A DNA stretch of 63,886 nt, filler included, from Ionaspis alba (Eukaryota): NCBI GenBank assembly GCA_964255285.1. It is 3 parts of 3 records of this genome, joined end to end, with 100 filler letters (N's around TTAATTAATTAA, not from the genome) between each part and the next. Parts side by side here need not be neighbours in the genome. Positions count along the whole stretch, not along the records: positions 42,682 to 63,886 come from CAXUUL010000228.1; 2 more parts are not named here. The stretch is one strand, 5' to 3'. This document shows positions 59,884 through 63,886 of the stretch, piece by piece. The number at the start of each line of letters is the position of its first letter. The first letter of the stretch is position 1. The position numbers were made by a program, and so were the translations under genes. Under the pieces are notes generated by a model that made no database searches, was not told the DNA's origin, and saw only the letters and a program-made list of their open reading frames with translations.

Positions 59884-62800
59884 ATGGCAGTCCCGTTTGG
59901 CTTTTCTGCAGGAGACTTTATCGGTGCGATCGGACTCATTGTCAAGGTAACTGAATCATTAGAAGACATTGGAGGAGCATCTGCGGAGTATCAGCAAGTC
60001 GTTCTCCAGCTCAATGGACTCGAAAGAACACTCGTTCACCTTCAGAAACTCGAGCCGAATGAGCAAAATGCCGAGCATGTCAATTCAATCAGGTGCATGG
60101 CGTTGGGCTGTCTGCTACCTCTCGAACGATTTCTGGATCAGCTAAAGAAATATGAGAAGAGTCTAGCTGCAGACGCGCAGCACAGACATGGCCGTAACAG
60201 TGTCAGAAAGGCCCAGTGGGGGGTATTTATGGAGAAGGAGATCACGAAGATGAGGAGCATTATCAGTGCTCAAGTTCTAAGTATCAACCTATTGTTAGGA
60301 GCTCACGAAGTGTAAGTATCTTTTCGGCTTCTATGCAATTTCGAAACACTTGGTGGCTAAATGTATATACAGCGATGCCGTGGGAAGAATTGAGCATCTC
60401 GGGCAGAAAACCCATGACACATTTCTGTCCCACGTTCGAGATCAAGAGATTCGCGTGTCTGCCCTTCAACAGCAATTGGATACTCAGACTGCTCTCCTCT
60501 CTGCCTTACCAAAACTTTCGGATGGTGTGTCCAACTTGTATAGATTAGAGGATCACGTTCCGAAGGCATTGCTCCGATATTCCCAGAGCTCTGAGGCTGG
60601 ATTTGATGGTATCCATACACAGCTAAACGATCATCATGTGCTATTATCAGAACTTCCCGCAATATTAAAGGAAGTCAAGCACTTGCCAGATATCAAGATT
60701 CAGGGACAACAGACTCAGCAACTCTTGCTTACCAACGCGCAGAGCTATCGGGCAGGTCTGAACAAGATCGAGGACCGTATGGACACTCAAATGGCTCTAA
60801 TTTCAAGTCTACCATCGCTACCAGCCGATGTTGCTACACTGACTAACCAGGTTGCAACCTATGACCGCAATGCTACGTTCAACGCCGTTAGGCAAGCACA
60901 ATGCATATTGACGGTCAAAGACGAAATTCTGGATATGAATCGAACCCTGCTGCAGAACACAGAGAAATTGAACTCCATTGAGAGGGCTCGTACTAACCTC
61001 TCGTCACAACCTCAGTCCATCATCGTTTCGCCCAACGCCATTGACGTTTTCGTCGAAAGTATGCGGCTGATGGGACAAGCACTTTTCAAATGGTACATGT
61101 GTCTTTTGTGTACTAGATCTTACAACGTGCTTACCAGCATGATTTAGTCTGCAAGCATTCGCCATGACTCTATGTGTGCTTTTTGCAGAGATATTGTGAG
61201 TATTGGTTGCAGCATGATCTCGCACGCAGAGCTGATGCCGGATCTTCCAGACGACAATTTCCGCAGCTGAAGTACCTGCTTCTCACGTTCCGACAGTGTA
61301 TTCTCATGGGCCCTACATTACTGCTGGAGGACAACATACGCTTCGAGGATGCCTTGGGACGGCTCCACAGTCTGCAGTATTCGCAGTTTCGGCACTGGGA
61401 GGTCTGCTTACTCCTATAGCAGCCCCACTTTAACGTTCTTGACTGATGGGTGAATCAGGTGTTTGAAGCTTTGCTCAAGGCTCAGTTTAGAGACCACGTG
61501 AGCGAAAGGTTGGTGTCTCGCGGGGATTACGCTCTCAATTCTCTTGGTGGAGGAGGAACCATTATTACAAAATATACTTGGGGTCCTATTGTTCGTCCGG
61601 GCTCGAAGATTATCATGTCCGCCATCATCCGCGGCTGGTATACGAGCAGCAAGTTTTGTCCTAAACGGCAATGTAAAGGTGTAGGGAAGGCCAGTCGCTC
61701 GTCTTACATGATATGGTATTATACCGAGACACTTCCCTTCCGGACTTCGTTGACTGTGAAACAGTGATGAGTGTGGATTTGAGTTTGAGAATGGAGATGA
61801 AGTCCAGAGACCAACGTCACTAACCCCCCTGTGGCCACAGCTTGTTGAGGCCAAGAGTTTCAATCCAAATATCATTGTACCAATGTTCCCGGGACCAAAA
61901 CCGCACCAAGAACGATCTCGACCTGTCGGAAAGCTATCGAAAAAGCCCAAATTACCGGTCCGGGAGCGTCGTGTGCAGAACAGAATCCAGTTTGGGCCGC
62001 CAAAGCCTCCTGCTCTCAACCGGGATTTGTCTGACTCTCAAGTACGGCCATCGACTTCACCCTCACGTGTTCCGGAGACAGAAAACGAAATTGAGATCCC
62101 GAAATTGCTCGATTCGCTAAAGAGAATTCGCATTGAATCATCGAACAAGCTGCCATCTCGGTGGGTCGTTCCTGAGCAACCATACAAGTCTAGTATCGCA
62201 CTTGGAAATCGTGGCTTGGAGGCGCGATATCGAAAGCCAGTAATCGATCCTCTCCGTTCCTTTCATCTCGAGCGACCACTTGTTGTGGCGGAATGCCCCT
62301 TGCCATCCAGAAATGGAGTGTATTATTATGAAGCTCAGATTCTTCATCGTGTTGCTACAGGGTGGGAAATGACCGTAGGGTATCACAAGTGCAATACCTT
62401 TGCCTCCCTGCATGAGCAGGTATGGGATGTTCATGGGTACAATGTTTCAACTGCGCAGCTGGTTCCCTCTAGCGTCGAAACTAACCTAGTGAATGGTTTC
62501 GGAGGCTTCTTTCTCTCTGAAAACGATGTTCTGGGCTGTGGGGTGACCGCCGGTAGCACTCCGCTAGCCTTTTTCACGAAAAACGGTAAATTAATGGGTA
62601 GGAACTGCCACGCTTCGTGCTTTGGTTGAGACTGATAGTATTCAATAGGAAGCGAGTACCGGACCAGTAGTCGACTTCTGGTACCTGCAGTGGCATTTTC
62701 GTCCCCATTAGGTGGAGTAAGAGCCAACTTTGGACAAAAACAATTTCGGTTCGATATCGACAGCTACATAAAGCAAAGTCCACTGCCTTTAGAGACTCGT

Positions 62801-63412
62801 ATACTCAAGGACACAGATGACGACCATAATATTGAAAGCAGTCGAGGTCGATCTAATGCTTTCGGCTGGGGTTCCCCTAATACACAATGGAGTTTCGACA
62901 ATCGCCGACCAGAGCAGTCAAATAATGCACTCCAGGACTACCAAATGCAGCTAATGCTTTTGGAGCAGCAGAACGAGAAGAGAATCATGATGGCGAGACA
63001 AGAGCCAGCCGATCAACAACTTTCGAGGACTATACTTCCCATCAGGAGGCGGAAGCATCGAGAAGTACCTGGACTACTCATACCTGAGCTCAGAGAAACC
63101 CTACCCCTACCCGTAGGTTCTGCACATTCCGATATCGAAGCAAAGACAAGTAAGTCCACGGAATGGTTTCATGGTGTCACTTAGGACACTGACTCAGAAA
63201 ACAAGCGAACAGCTCGCGGTGAATTCCGTCGAACCACGTCGAACGAGAACGAAGAGCCAGGCTTTGCTACACTATGGAAAAGGCGGGGAGGGGCGCCATT
63301 GCCAACGCTGGAATTCACTCCCGAAGAGAAATTCAAGATCACCCCGTTTGAACCATCGATGGTGGAATGGTTGACGAGAAAGTCAAGATCGCCGTGGTTG
63401 GAATATGGATGA
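59884..63412 (+). CDS. Multidomain protein: HeLo-like/STAND N-terminal helical domain, repeats, ubiquitin-like domain, Zn ribbon, SPRY, Som1-like motif
   Basis: Six GT-AG introns (60312-60372, 61093-61147, 61196-61250, 61402-61458, ~61716-61764, ~62598-62648) join the ORFs in frame. Motifs: PFGFSAGDFI...GGASAEYQ; EDALGR...WEVFEALLK.QF...RGDY...RPGSKIIMS; CPKRQC...CDEC; YYYEAQI...DVLGCGV...FFTKNG...ANFGQ. The 3' end is uncertain (63184 unspliced, or ~63412 via an intron starting at 63150). Confidence 0.75.
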
Positions 63413-63886
63413 TGGACGATGAGGAGGATATTGACAGTGATGAAATGATTGACGAGAAGGGAATCTCTGCGGAATCCGACATCAGGCGCGAGCCGATTGT
63501 TCCGACTTATAAAGGTTTCCAAGCGACGTCCGCATTGTCACCCCCAACTTGGCGCCTTGTCTAGTTGATCGGATCGGACAAGAACAGTTAGATTGAGAAG
63601 GCTGTATTGAGATCTGAAGGTAGCCCCATCATCATAAGCGTGCTCGACGTTCTTTAATCCTGAAACAGGACGGTGATGTGACGGTCACGAGGCTACTGGA
63701 TCGCTTACTCTCCCATCAGCAACTGGGCGGGAATTTGGTACCCACTGAGGACGCTATTCTGGGACTAGAGAAGGTCGGCAAGATCGAAGTTCTCAGGTGA
63801 CTGCTTTCATGATCTGACTGAATACCCAATGATACGAGCACTAAACGCCGGTATCAAGTCGTGCCGCTACCTAAATGCTCACTTTT

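Noticed and set aside
59240..63886. Starship-type giant element inserted at the 5S gene with the HeLo-like gene as cargo
   Set aside because: The 5S gene is intact with TATA and terminator, and no tyrosine-recombinase captain or split 5S copy is visible.

Overview
Gene-dense DNA from a filamentous ascomycete (Pezizomycotina; short GT-AG introns with CTRAC/CTRAY branch sites, a dispersed 5S rRNA gene). The window is a concatenation of three assembly pieces joined by artificial N44-TTAATTAATTAA-N44 linkers (21274-21373, 42582-42681). It also has five 100-N gaps, three of which are flanked by duplicated sequence and close in frame. About 28 protein genes are supported. Most are housekeeping: FEN1, glutaryl-CoA dehydrogenase, UBC4, NoxB, phospholipase D, MRF1, a sedolisin/TPP, RPN2, CET1, COX10, PRP17, ERV14 (absent from the ORF track, recovered by hand from four exons), MSC2-like Zn transporter, ALG1, a TFIIIC subunit and CRC1. 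Accessory-type genes include a HET-domain gene. The two best candidates for something undescribed are: (i) an intronless permuted-papain-like (DUF6540-type His/His/Cys) protein ending in a Ras-style KKESGCCIVM lipidation signal, sitting between a divergent acyl-protein-thioesterase-like gene and a convergent APH-like kinase; (ii) an intact multi-exon gene fusing a HeLo-like/STAND N-terminal helical domain, ~50-aa helical repeats, a ubiquitin-like domain, a Zn ribbon, a SPRY domain and a Som1/Flo8-type ALQDYQMQLMLLEQQN motif. All family assignments come from motif recognition by eye; no database search was run.
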